This document shows, one piece after another, positions 45,776 through 56,413 of a stretch of 64,000 bases of DNA. Numbering within the stretch: position 1 is the stretch's first letter; every line of letters starts with the position of its first letter. The DNA lies in the IMG/VR virus record IMGVR_UViG_3300007540_000013, positions 35,006-99,005 of that record; one strand, 5' to 3'. The notes under the pieces are model-generated. The model did not search any database. It had not been told where the DNA came from and was given only the letters and a program-made list of their open reading frames with translations. A program made the position numbers and the translations under genes. This DNA comes from a virus.

Positions 45776-48396
45776 TGAAGAGAGTAGTAATACAACCTAA
45801 CACAACGACAGTTAAGGTATACAGCGTAGGATTACAAGGACCTCCAGGTGCAACAGGCGCCACAGGTCCTTCAGGTTCTGGCGGATCCAGTGATTTAGTA
45901 AATTTAAACACATTTACCGGATCTGCTGATACTAGATTAATTAATTTAGAAGCAGTTACCAGTTCTTATTTAACTGAAGTACCTAGCGGAACTGTAAGTA
46001 GTTGTGCTCAGATTGATTATAACTCTATACTGAATACACCAAGTGGGATCGTATCACAGTCAAGTGGTACTGTGGACCTGCCAGGTACAAAAATACAATA
46101 TTCTAATGTTTATTCAAACATCGAAGATCTTCCAGCAGCAAGTAGTTACCACGGAATGTTTGCCCACGTTCACGGAACTGGTAAAGCATACTACGCACAT
46201 GGTGGTAATTGGATTGAATTAGCAAACGCAAGTAGCAATATATCATCATCTGCTCAAATTGAAGCAGTAATTACTGATACATATATTTCTGCATCCGCCG
46301 CCGCAAGCGGCTTTAGCTCTGTAGGCGGTGGCTCTACTGATATATCTGCTTTAAACACATTTACCGGATCTGCTAGTAGCAGGTTAGATGACTTAGAGGC
46401 AGCAACCGGTTCTTACTTAACTGAAGTACCTAGCGGAACTGTAAGTAGTTCTGCTCAGATTGAAGTAGTAATTACTGATACCTATATTTCTGCATCCGCA
46501 GCAGCAAGTGGGTTTGGATCAGGAGGCGGTGGCTCTACCGACATTTCCGACTTAAATACTTTTACTGGATCTGCTAGTAGCAGGTTAGATGACTTAGAAG
46601 CAGCTACCAGTTCTTTCTTAACAAGTTCAGATACAGGCTCTCTATTAGTTACTGCGTCTGTAGTAAGTAACGTTATTACTTTAGAAAAAGCAGATGGAAC
46701 TTCTTTCGACCTTACAGTAGAGACTGGTTCCGGAGGAGGTGATGCGAGCAATTCAAACCGCAGCGGAGCTTTGTTTGATAATATTCCTGTAAATGAGTTA
46801 ATAAACGATACATGGACATTTAATACTACTAATAGAAAAATTTTACCAAACACATCAGGTAAATTCACTACAGCAACAAATCAAATTACTATTGCTGCCT
46901 CTTCTTCTGCAAATAATTTCTATTATACTGAATTATCAGCTTCAAAAGCAGGAGATGGGCTTGTTATCTCGGATAATGTTGATAAGATGAGATATACTAT
47001 TAATTCTTTTTCAATACTTAGTAATACTTTTGAAAATTTCACTACTACTAGTTTAGCCCCATATTACCCACCCAGCCAATTGCAAAGCGGTGTTTTCCCC
47101 AGTATAGTAGATTTATCAGATATTGAAAAAGTACTAGTGATTACAGGCTCAAGCCCGTCAACTGCTTATACAGTAGTGCATTATACTTCATCTAATCCCG
47201 TAGACCCTGCTGAAGTTGTAAATTCTAATTATGGTTTGGGTATATTTGGGTTTACTACTCACGTATCTGGAGGATATTTCGCTGCTGGTTCAAGTGGTGG
47301 AGGTAAAATGAAGCTAAGAAATAGTCTTGGAACTTCTGTTGATGATTTTTATTCTAGTGCCACATTTGTACAACCGATGGCCGTAGGATTCTCGGGTTCT
47401 GGTGATTACTTATTATTCTCTAGTAAATTTAATAGTTCTCCTAACGCAAATTCCTTTATTACTATAATGGATACAGCATCTGACCCATCTCAGTTCGGTA
47501 ATGCTTACGTATCTGAATGGAACGGTTATAGTGGGATGACTTATGGTCCTAATAATTATGCTATGAGAAATAGTTTAGATGCTATTTGGGATCAATCAAC
47601 AAAATGTTTCTACCACCTACTTTGGTCAGGTGACCGAACTCATGCAAGTATGTCCATAGCTGAGGTTACATCTTCATTTTCTAACCCTAATGGTGATGCA
47701 CCCTTTAAAACTTCCACTGTACGATTCTCAGACCCAGGCCATGGAGAAAATGGTGACCCATGGCAAGGAAAAACTATGGCTGGTTCTTTAAATAAGAAAC
47801 TCTGGGTATATAACAGAGGAGACGAAGGAAGAAGTTATACTTCTTCTATTATAGAATTTGACTATAGTAGTGGTATGTCTACTGGAGTGTATTCTGAGGT
47901 AATTAGTTTATCACAAACTAGTGCTGGAGAGTCAACCTGGGGGTATCCTAATGGTGCTGTTGTTTCAAATTATGTATGGGCAGTTGGTGGGTTAATGTAT
48001 TCTCCTACTAATAATGTGTTAATTGTAGGGGCTTATAATAAAACTGCAGATGCATCTGTAACTTATGTATATGATGCAAGTAGTTACATTCTACTTCAAA
48101 CTATAAATGATGTAATGTTAACTGGTAACAGTACTATGACTGAAACCGGTACTATTATAACTTATGATATAGATGGATTTGTAAAAGTACTTACTCCATC
48201 ATCAGGGGATAGTGAAAAATTTGTATATAATGTTTCATATTATAATAATGACCCTTCTATAGAAATTGACGCTACTAGTGGAGATGTAATATATACTAAG
48301 CTACAACTAAAAGACCCAGTAGCGACATCACCAAATGGTAATAAATGGAGATTAACAATAGATAATAACGGAGTAGTAACAGGCTCAGCAATATAA
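45775..48396 (+). CDS. Fibre/adhesin protein with repeated stalk modules and distal beta domain
   Basis: Short GxxG stretch, three LNTFTGSA..RL..LE repeats, C-terminal SPNGNKWRLTIDNNG. Confidence 0.7.
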   Translation: MKRVVIQPNTTTVKVYSVGLQGPPGATGATGPSGSGGSSDLVNLNTFTGSADTRLINLEAVTSSYLTEVPSGTVSSCAQIDYNSILNTPSGIVSQSSGTVDLPGTKIQYSNVYSNIEDLPAASSYHGMFAHVHGTGKAYYAHGGNWIELANASSNISSSAQIEAVITDTYISASAAASGFSSVGGGSTDISALNTFTGSASSRLDDLEAATGSYLTEVPSGTVSSSAQIEVVITDTYISASAAASGFGSGGGGSTDISDLNTFTGSASSRLDDLEAATSSFLTSSDTGSLLVTASVVSNVITLEKADGTSFDLTVETGSGGGDASNSNRSGALFDNIPVNELINDTWTFNTTNRKILPNTSGKFTTATNQITIAASSSANNFYYTELSASKAGDGLVISDNVDKMRYTINSFSILSNTFENFTTTSLAPYYPPSQLQSGVFPSIVDLSDIEKVLVITGSSPSTAYTVVHYTSSNPVDPAEVVNSNYGLGIFGFTTHVSGGYFAAGSSGGGKMKLRNSLGTSVDDFYSSATFVQPMAVGFSGSGDYLLFSSKFNSSPNANSFITIMDTASDPSQFGNAYVSEWNGYSGMTYGPNNYAMRNSLDAIWDQSTKCFYHLLWSGDRTHASMSIAEVTSSFSNPNGDAPFKTSTVRFSDPGHGENGDPWQGKTMAGSLNKKLWVYNRGDEGRSYTSSIIEFDYSSGMSTGVYSEVISLSQTSAGESTWGYPNGAVVSNYVWAVGGLMYSPTNNVLIVGAYNKTADASVTYVYDASSYILLQTINDVMLTGNSTMTETGTIITYDIDGFVKVLTPSSGDSEKFVYNVSYYNNDPSIEIDATSGDVIYTKLQLKDPVATSPNGNKWRLTIDNNGVVTGSAI
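46250..46610 (+). repeat. Intragenic tandem duplication, period 201 bp (67 aa)
   Basis: SAQIE.VITDTYISASAAASGF..GGGSTDIS.LNTFTGSASSRLDDLEAAT twice, near-identical at DNA level. Confidence 0.9.
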
Positions 48397-48407
48397 AATA
48401 AAGTACT

Positions 48408-49550
48408 ATGGCAGATATAACAATTTGGGAAGGAGCTAGTACGTTTGATATAGGACAGACGCCGTTTGGATTCTACGACGGCGACTTCGACTTTCAAGCT
48501 GATGCTGATAAAGTAGCAACTTTCTGTGCTCAAAGACTTGGATATCCATTGATGGATGTTGAACTCCAATCAGGATCTTTCTATGCTTGTTTTGAAGAAG
48601 CGGTTACTACCTACGGTAACGAAGTATTCCAGTATAAGATTAGAGAGAACTATCTCTCTATGGAAGGAGATTCTTCTTTATCGAGTTATAATAGTAAATT
48701 GATTGAAGGTAGTTTAGGTAGAACTATTCAGATTACTAAAAACTACGGTACTGAAGCAGGTGTTGGAGGAAACGTGACAAAGTACACCGGCTCTCTAACT
48801 GTAACAGGTAACGTACAGAACTACGATTTAGATGCTTGGGCAGCAGATCAAGGAATCGAAGGAGGTATAGAAATCAGAAAAATCTTCTACGAATCCCCAC
48901 CTGCAATCTTACGTTACTTTGACCCTTATGCAGGGACAGGTACTGGTATTCAATCGTTAATGGATGCTTTTGACTTCGGTTCATACTCACCAGGTGTTAA
49001 CTTCTTATTAATGCCTGCTTCATATGATATGTTAAAAGTTCAAGCTATTGAATTTAACGATCAGATTAGAAGATCAGCCTATTCATTTGAAGTTGTTAAT
49101 AATCAGTTGAAATTATTCCCAATTCCTAGACAAACGGGTCTTATTTACTTCGAATATTACAAGGTAACTGAAAAAAACGCCGCCGTATATAACTCAGGAT
49201 CTAACTTAATCACTAACGTTGGAGAGGTACCTTATGAAAACATAGAGTATACTACAATCAACTCAATAGGAAGACAGTGGATTTATAGATACTCTTTAGC
49301 ATTAACTAAAGAACTTTTAGGTTACATTAGAGGAAAGTATCAACAAATCCCAGTACCGGGGTCTAATACAGCTCTTAACCAAGCAGACTTACTTACAGAT
49401 GCCAGAACTGAAAAAATAGCACTGTTAACAGAACTGAGAGAGATGTTAGACCAGACTTCAAGGCAGGCACAGTTAGAAAGAAAAGCAAACGAATCAGATA
49501 ATCTTAAGAGGATTACTACAGAGATTCCAATGACAATATACATAGGATAA
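48408..49550 (+). CDS. Neck protein (gp13-like head-tail adaptor)
   Basis: QRLGYPLMDVEL, WIYRYSLALTKELLGYIRGKY..IP.PG..LN. Confidence 0.85.
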   Translation: MADITIWEGASTFDIGQTPFGFYDGDFDFQADADKVATFCAQRLGYPLMDVELQSGSFYACFEEAVTTYGNEVFQYKIRENYLSMEGDSSLSSYNSKLIEGSLGRTIQITKNYGTEAGVGGNVTKYTGSLTVTGNVQNYDLDAWAADQGIEGGIEIRKIFYESPPAILRYFDPYAGTGTGIQSLMDAFDFGSYSPGVNFLLMPASYDMLKVQAIEFNDQIRRSAYSFEVVNNQLKLFPIPRQTGLIYFEYYKVTEKNAAVYNSGSNLITNVGEVPYENIEYTTINSIGRQWIYRYSLALTKELLGYIRGKYQQIPVPGSNTALNQADLLTDARTEKIALLTELREMLDQTSRQAQLERKANESDNLKRITTEIPMTIYIG

Positions 49551-49864
49551 TGAAGTTACAAGATTTAGTATTAGAGGAGCAGTATAAAATGTTTAAGACA
49601 TTTTTCTATTTCGAATTTGATGAATCGACAATGGATGTATCTACTTTAGCAAATATTGTTAGAGCAGTAGATCTAGTAGCCGTTATTAATAATAAATCAG
49701 ATAAAGAAGATCCTCGCCCAAGAGCATTATTTCAAATTAAAATAGCAACCACCAGACCTCCAAAAGAGTCTTTTGAACAAGTTAAGAACGATTGTATGAC
49801 AAGGATTTCTGAGGTTAAGAAATGCCAGTTCTCTGAAAGACATATTGAAGAGGTAAATTTATAA
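49550..49864 (+). CDS. Hypothetical protein
   Basis: Coupled ORF; MKLQDLVLEE leader. Confidence 0.7.
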   Translation: MKLQDLVLEEQYKMFKTFFYFEFDESTMDVSTLANIVRAVDLVAVINNKSDKEDPRPRALFQIKIATTRPPKESFEQVKNDCMTRISEVKKCQFSERHIEEVNL

Positions 49865-49867
49865 GGT

Positions 49868-50356
49868 ATGAGTTTATTCGGTAGCAAAAAAGACTTCGGT
49901 TTACTAACTAAGATGAACCGAGAGCTCCTTCAAGATATTATTGAACAGGAGATAGCCTTCTATAAGCTCGCTATTAACGAAACTCAAGCTAATATTTATG
50001 GAGAATCTTTAGAGAAGACATTTTTCGATGGAGTTATCATGCAATGTCTTATTACTAGAGGTGATCAGGTGTTTACTGTTGATGATTTCGGTCCTGATGT
50101 AGGTCGAGAGTTAACATTTGCATTCTTAAGAGATGACTTTGTTGACTTAGAAATGGTACCTGAAGTAGGAGATATTATAATGCTATCAGATTCTTATTAC
50201 GAGATTGATGCTGTAGTAGAAAATGAATATTTCTTTGGTAAAGATCCTGCATATAATTATGCAAGAAGCGATAAATACGGTAAGAGCATTTCTCTAAGAT
50301 GTGCTACTCACCTAACAAGAATAGACAGACTAAATATAGCTCAGTTTAGACCTTAA
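49868..50356 (+). CDS. Neck/head-closure protein (gp14-like)
   Basis: NIYGES, PEVGDII....YYEI. Confidence 0.75.
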   Translation: MSLFGSKKDFGLLTKMNRELLQDIIEQEIAFYKLAINETQANIYGESLEKTFFDGVIMQCLITRGDQVFTVDDFGPDVGRELTFAFLRDDFVDLEMVPEVGDIIMLSDSYYEIDAVVENEYFFGKDPAYNYARSDKYGKSISLRCATHLTRIDRLNIAQFRP

Positions 50357-50362
50357 TAGAAG

Positions 50363-51628
50363 ATGGCAAATAAAAGAAGAAAACCAGTACCGAAGACACA
50401 ATCTCAACTCACTAGAGAGCAGATTGAAGGATACGATGTTACTCGCGGAGTAGTGCCGGCTTCTTCTAAAAATAAGAGAGAGAATCAAATATCATTAAAA
50501 GACGATACAGTAAAACTTCCTACAGTATCTTTAAAAGATATTGATGAAGCTATTTTATTTTATTTTAAAAATATAATTAAACCAACTGTTCAACAGAACG
50601 GTGAATCTATAGACGTACCAATACTATACGGAAACCCAGAAAGATGGTCAGCAGTACAGAAAGACGGGTACTATAGAGATGGAAACGGAAGATTACAGGT
50701 ACCGTTAATTATGTTTAAAAAGAGTAATATTGAGAAAAATAGATCTTTAGGTAACAAATTAGACGGTAATGAAGTAAATAATTTCATGATTTATCGTAAG
50801 CCATACTCAAAAAGAAATATTTATGATAAATTCTCGGTGTTAACTAACAGGAAGCCCCAAGAAGAACTCTACGGAGTAGTTATACCTGATTACGTAACTG
50901 TTACCTATCAGTGTGTTATATTTACTAACTACGTAGAGCAGTGTGATAAGTTAATCGAAGCACTTAATTTTGCCTCAGATTCTTATTGGGGCGACCAAGA
51001 GCGTTATAGATTTAGAGCAATGATCGACTCTTATACTCCAACAATAGAAGTCGCTCAAGGTCAAGATCGTAACGTTAAAGCTACGTTTAATATTAGGTTA
51101 AACGGGTATATTATCACCAATAGTTATAATAGAGATAAAGCAAACTTAAAAAAGTTCTATTCAAAATCCGAAGTTTTGTTTGGATTAGAAACTGAAGTAG
51201 AGACTGTAGATAACGTGCCAATGAGAAGAATTAAACCTAAAGCTGGAGCAAAAGTATCGAATGTTCGATTCTACGATACTGCTTTAACTAGAACAACCAC
51301 AACAACAATAGAATTTGAAGGTATGACAGCTGAAGAAATTACCTACGTATCACTAAGAAATACTGCTGTTGCCGCTTCTGTAAGCGAAACACAAGCTACA
51401 TTTACTGGTGTAACGATTGCAACACCACCAACTGGATTTTCCGCCATCAGTAAAGGCGATTACGAAGTATTTATAAATGGTAGACGTGTGCCTAGCACAC
51501 AATTTGATCTCCCTACTCAATCAGGTAGTGATATTTTAGTAACCGTCGACCTTCCGGCATTCTTTGAAGAAGCAAGCGCCGTCTTCGAATCTGGTGATGA
51601 AGTAATATTAATAGGCAAGTTTAGCTAA
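50363..51628 (+). CDS. Tail terminator/sheath stabiliser (gp15-like) with C-terminal extension
   Basis: VPILYGNPERW, PDYVTVTYQC..Q..KLIE; position after neck genes. Confidence 0.7.
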   Translation: MANKRRKPVPKTQSQLTREQIEGYDVTRGVVPASSKNKRENQISLKDDTVKLPTVSLKDIDEAILFYFKNIIKPTVQQNGESIDVPILYGNPERWSAVQKDGYYRDGNGRLQVPLIMFKKSNIEKNRSLGNKLDGNEVNNFMIYRKPYSKRNIYDKFSVLTNRKPQEELYGVVIPDYVTVTYQCVIFTNYVEQCDKLIEALNFASDSYWGDQERYRFRAMIDSYTPTIEVAQGQDRNVKATFNIRLNGYIITNSYNRDKANLKKFYSKSEVLFGLETEVETVDNVPMRRIKPKAGAKVSNVRFYDTALTRTTTTTIEFEGMTAEEITYVSLRNTAVAASVSETQATFTGVTIATPPTGFSAISKGDYEVFINGRRVPSTQFDLPTQSGSDILVTVDLPAFFEEASAVFESGDEVILIGKFS

Positions 51629-51630
51629 GA

Positions 51631-54600
51631 ATGTCAAGACTAAAACTCAGATCAGTATTCCCCACCGGATCCTTAACAATATCAGGTTCTATCACCGCTA
51701 CTCAGTTTGTTGATAGTGCCGGGAATCCAGTTATTACATCAGCTCAAACTAGCTCTTTCTCCTCAGGCATCAGTACCTTAAGCGCTGAAACAGGATCATA
51801 TTTAGTAACTGGATCTGTTAGCGGAAACGTACTCACTTTTGAGAAGAAAGATGGTACTACTTTTGATCTGACTGTTGATACAGGTTCTGGAGACGTGAGC
51901 GGCGACAGTACTGATATTTCTAGTTTAAACATTTTCACCGGATCTGCAGAATCTAGGTTAGATTCAATAGAATCAGAAACAGGGTCTTATGTAGTTACAG
52001 GTTCAGTAGTCAATAACGTACTGACAATAGAAAAAAGCGACGGTACTTCATTTAACCTTACAGTAGATACTGGTTCCAATGAAGTATACACCGCAGGATT
52101 AGGTATAATTGTATCTGGAAACATAGTAACTTTAGATACAGGTTCAAACCATTTTATAACAGGTGTATCCCAGTCTGCCGCCGCCTCTGGATTTGGAAGT
52201 GCCAACGCAGCATTCGGAGATCCTCCTACAATAGATCAGGATGGCTTTCAAGTCAAGGAGTTTGAAGCTATAGGAACAACAGTAGGTACGTTAACCGTAA
52301 CAGATGTAACACCAGGAGACTCAGCAACATTCGCAACACAAAGCGGTTACTCAGCTGGATTCTTCGGTATAGATTCTGGATCTGGAGTAATAACTAATTT
52401 AGTAAAAACTACTGGAAGTATGAATACTTCTGCAGGTAGCGGTTCAAATTTAGCTCATCCATTTTTAGTAAAAGTAACTGATAGTCAAAATAATATAGTT
52501 AACGGTACTGTCTACATCTACGTTGAGCCAAACACAGCACCTGTATGGAGGCAAACTTCAACAGAAGGAAGCATTGTAACATCGTTTACTCAGTCATTAA
52601 ATGAAAACTCGGTAAGCGGTAGTAATAAAGCTAGAGTGTTTTTTACTGATGCAGAAAGTGATACTATTACTATAAGCACAGGGTCGTTATCTGGAACATT
52701 TACAGACACCTTCTCTCTGACAGTAGAAAGTACATACGTACAGTTAAACCAGATTACTGCATCTCTGGATTTCGAAACAACTCCTACATACGAGTTTGTA
52801 TTAACAGCTAGTGACGAACATTACGAAAATAGCGATGATACTGAATCAATTACTTATTTACCATTCCAAGTAAAGGTAACAGACAACACCGGACCATTAG
52901 TCAACGATCAAACATTAAGCACAATTAATGAAAATTCATCAGATGGAGCATCTGTAGGCAGTATAACTGCATCAGACCCGGAAGGAGATACTATTATATT
53001 CTCTAACTTTAGTTTAGTAAGAGCATATGTTAATGGAGTAGGTACTAATGTTACAGGATCTATGGGCGGTACCGGTTTAAATGATCCAACCGCTAATGCA
53101 TTTACTACTGATATAAACGGAAACGTTACTCGTAGAAACAGTATATACTTAAATGCAGATGTAGCTGATAGGTACGAGTATAGAGTAACAGTAACCGATG
53201 CATTTAATACTACCACGGATACTGGATTAATAACTATTCCTATTGCAGATGATGCTGCTTCTTCTATTACAGACAACTGGACAAATGTATATGTAATTGA
53301 ATCAGCTGTAGATGGTGATTCTTTGTATACTAACTCTGACGGGTTAACCGGTACAGTTGCTCAATGGTCATCAGCAGCATCACAGAGATGGGAAGTCTCA
53401 TCAGATTCAGATTTAATAGAGGTAACAGCGCTAACAGGATCCTCAACTCAACTAAGAGTTAAAAACGACATTAGCGGATCAATTTACTCTTACGACGGTA
53501 CAGACACAATTAATGTCGCTCTGACTGCCTCTGAACATGGATTTGAAACCACTAAGCAGTACGTAGACTTAGCAGTGAATGTCGCTATTAACAACGCTCC
53601 TCAAATGGGACCTACTGACGCGTCCGCTAATCAGAACACCAATGGTGCAAGAAGCGGAAGCCTTTTGACAACTATAACTATTTCAGATCTAGAAAGCGAC
53701 ACTATAGATCACAGCTCATTCACATTTATTAATCCAAGCGGACAGTTAAACGCAGTTAAGAGCGGGGATGATTATTTAGTACAGGCAGTAAACAGCCTAA
53801 GTGCAAGCTTATACCAATTCACTGCAAGTATTAAAGATGAACATAGATTCAGAACAAGAACTCTTGAACATTCTTTTAATATTACTCAAGCAGGAATTGG
53901 AACTTTAGGAGGAGATACTACATCCTATATTATAGAATCTGCTATAAGCGGTGCAGTATTAAGAGATGTAACTGGTTACAACAGCGGTAATCCATCTCAA
54001 CTAACTGTATCATATTCTCCTCAATATAACTCAGCAGCAGTACAGTCATTTACTTCGTCAAATGCAGCAATTGCTGTAGACGATAGTGGTAATTTAACAC
54101 TTAATATAAACCTCAGCGGCTCATTGACAGGTTCAGGAGATACTATATTAAGCGATATAACATTCCAAGACCAATACGGTAACCTAGGAAGCGGATCTCT
54201 AACAGTTAATGTATTTGCAAATCAAGCACCAACCGCCTCATTTACAGATCAAACAGCAAACTTTGAAACAAATCTAGCAATTGCCGGCGCCGCTATGGTA
54301 AGTATGAGTATAGCTGATACAGAATCAGATACACCATTCTCTGCATCCTTAAGTGGATCTGGCATCGCTGATTTAGAGATTGTGTTTGCTAATGCTAACT
54401 CTAGCTCCGCAGCAATTAAGGCTACAGATTCATTAGCTGCAGGTACATATAATTATCACGTAACAGTATTTGATAATTTTGGAAAATCTAGAGTATATAG
54501 TGATAGATCTTTTACTGTTACCCAATCCCCAGATTACGGAAAAGTGTACGTGTATAATGTAGGCTTTAACAACTCTACATACAACACAGCTGTAGGTATT

Positions 54601-55113
54601 CAGAGTGAAGACAGCTCAACACCACCGGTAGCAACACCTTATAGTAATCTTGGATTCGTAGACGCAATTATTAACGATAATAGACTCGGTAGTAGCTCGT
54701 TTGATTACGCTTACGGCTCAACAATAACTGCTACCTTACTAGCATCAGGCAGCGATACCAACGTACACGATGCATTAAGAGGAATGGGCAGTAGCGGTAC
54801 TATTGCACGTAATAGTTCTATTCACACTGTAGTACTGATGCCTAGTGGATCTGATTTAGGAGGATTACCAACATCAGTCACAGATAGTTACGGTGGTAGT
54901 ACAGTAGGAGAATATGTATTAGAGGTAGGTACCGACGGTACTACAATTGATGGTACGAATACGATCGAAGCATCTGAGATAAATCAGTTTGATTTGGCTA
55001 CCGCCCATCTAGGTTACACAACATGGTTTATGGTAGGTGCAAGAAATCAAATAGCTTCGTCTACCAACTTTAACCTAGGCCTGAATCCATCAAGTGGATC
55101 AGGAGGAGCATAA
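51631..55113 (+). CDS. Cadherin-like repeat fibre protein
   Basis: INENSSDGASVGSITASDPEGD, LDFETTPTYEFVLTASD, N.AP repeats; shared stalk modules. Confidence 0.8.
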   Translation: MSRLKLRSVFPTGSLTISGSITATQFVDSAGNPVITSAQTSSFSSGISTLSAETGSYLVTGSVSGNVLTFEKKDGTTFDLTVDTGSGDVSGDSTDISSLNIFTGSAESRLDSIESETGSYVVTGSVVNNVLTIEKSDGTSFNLTVDTGSNEVYTAGLGIIVSGNIVTLDTGSNHFITGVSQSAAASGFGSANAAFGDPPTIDQDGFQVKEFEAIGTTVGTLTVTDVTPGDSATFATQSGYSAGFFGIDSGSGVITNLVKTTGSMNTSAGSGSNLAHPFLVKVTDSQNNIVNGTVYIYVEPNTAPVWRQTSTEGSIVTSFTQSLNENSVSGSNKARVFFTDAESDTITISTGSLSGTFTDTFSLTVESTYVQLNQITASLDFETTPTYEFVLTASDEHYENSDDTESITYLPFQVKVTDNTGPLVNDQTLSTINENSSDGASVGSITASDPEGDTIIFSNFSLVRAYVNGVGTNVTGSMGGTGLNDPTANAFTTDINGNVTRRNSIYLNADVADRYEYRVTVTDAFNTTTDTGLITIPIADDAASSITDNWTNVYVIESAVDGDSLYTNSDGLTGTVAQWSSAASQRWEVSSDSDLIEVTALTGSSTQLRVKNDISGSIYSYDGTDTINVALTASEHGFETTKQYVDLAVNVAINNAPQMGPTDASANQNTNGARSGSLLTTITISDLESDTIDHSSFTFINPSGQLNAVKSGDDYLVQAVNSLSASLYQFTASIKDEHRFRTRTLEHSFNITQAGIGTLGGDTTSYIIESAISGAVLRDVTGYNSGNPSQLTVSYSPQYNSAAVQSFTSSNAAIAVDDSGNLTLNINLSGSLTGSGDTILSDITFQDQYGNLGSGSLTVNVFANQAPTASFTDQTANFETNLAIAGAAMVSMSIADTESDTPFSASLSGSGIADLEIVFANANSSSAAIKATDSLAAGTYNYHVTVFDNFGKSRVYSDRSFTVTQSPDYGKVYVYNVGFNNSTYNTAVGIQSEDSSTPPVATPYSNLGFVDAIINDNRLGSSSFDYAYGSTITATLLASGSDTNVHDALRGMGSSGTIARNSSIHTVVLMPSGSDLGGLPTSVTDSYGGSTVGEYVLEVGTDGTTIDGTNTIEASEINQFDLATAHLGYTTWFMVGARNQIASSTNFNLGLNPSSGSGGA

Positions 55114-55137
55114 TTAATTGAATAAAAGAGAATATAG

Positions 55138-56370
55138 ATGCCATCGTTTAGTTCAAAAGTAGATTTATCAGCAAGCGCAAAGTCATCCAATATAGTATTG
55201 GCTGATGTTGACCTAATTAAAGGTGCGTTTAAGGTATATACATCTTCTGATTTAAGTTCTACAAACGTAAACTACTTTTCAGACGGACAGATTGTGTACG
55301 TATCTGATAGTGGCTCTTTATATAGAGCTAATGTAACGTTAGCAAATCCCGGACTAGGAATATTCTCAGATAGTGTATCTTTTAATAAATTTTCTTTTGA
55401 TAGCGGGTCATTTACTAGTGCATCATTTAACTCAGGTAATTCTACATTAACATTCTTTGGATCTGACTTACCAGGATCTGCACAAATATCCATGTCAGTG
55501 GATCTATCTGATCTATCAGGTGGAGGAAGTACAGATATTTCTGATTTAAACACATTTACTGGATCCGCAGAGACTAGATTAGATGATTTAGAAGCAGCAA
55601 CCGGTTCTTATTTAGTAACAGGTTCTGTTAGTGAAAATATAATTACTTTAGAAAAAGCAGACGGCAGTTCGTTTAGCCTAACTGTAGATACAGGATCCGG
55701 CGGCACCGGAGCAACACAAGATTTACAGTCGGTATTAACAGCAGGAAATAAAGCAAGCGGAGCGGTAATATTAGAAAACGATAACAGCTCTGGAAAATTA
55801 GGTTTATTTCTTCATGCAGATCCATCTTTATCCTATAACTATACTGCTTCTATATCTATACTAAATAACGGCAGTTTAGAAACAGGATTAGGGGGTACAG
55901 TACATGAAAGAATTACACCAAATAGAGGGTCTACTGTTCTTCTTCAATTTACTGCATCCAATTCTGTAGCATTCACAGGTATCGGTAATGAAGAACAGTC
56001 TTACGTTCTAGGTTACGATAGTGTCACTGGTAATGTAACCTACTTTGATACTTCTTCTTTTGGAGGAGGAAGCGGTACTGTGAACACAGGATCAGCTCAC
56101 TTCATCACCGGTGTTTTAAAATCTGGATTATTTAGATTAACAGGATCAGTATATTCTACAGCTAATGATGTAGCAATAACCGGATCCTTAGATGTAAACT
56201 TTACAGAAAGTGATCAAGAATTTAGAATATCCTCCCAGAGTATAACACAGTTTAGTATTAACAATGAAGGAGTAGCAGTCCTAGCTCCACGTAGCGCTGT
56301 TCCAACAGCAGTGTCTGGAGGAATGTATTTCAGTACAGATGGAAATTTCTACTTTGGTATTCAACAGTAA
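55138..56370 (+). CDS. Fibre protein with shared stalk module
   Basis: TDISDLNTFTGSAETRLDDLE module; LQSVLTAGN; C-terminal PTAVSGGMYF. Confidence 0.7.
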   Translation: MPSFSSKVDLSASAKSSNIVLADVDLIKGAFKVYTSSDLSSTNVNYFSDGQIVYVSDSGSLYRANVTLANPGLGIFSDSVSFNKFSFDSGSFTSASFNSGNSTLTFFGSDLPGSAQISMSVDLSDLSGGGSTDISDLNTFTGSAETRLDDLEAATGSYLVTGSVSENIITLEKADGSSFSLTVDTGSGGTGATQDLQSVLTAGNKASGAVILENDNSSGKLGLFLHADPSLSYNYTASISILNNGSLETGLGGTVHERITPNRGSTVLLQFTASNSVAFTGIGNEEQSYVLGYDSVTGNVTYFDTSSFGGGSGTVNTGSAHFITGVLKSGLFRLTGSVYSTANDVAITGSLDVNFTESDQEFRISSQSITQFSINNEGVAVLAPRSAVPTAVSGGMYFSTDGNFYFGIQQ

Positions 56371-56413
56371 CCAATATTTATTAATAACAATTAACCCTTA
56401 AAAATTTGCAATT

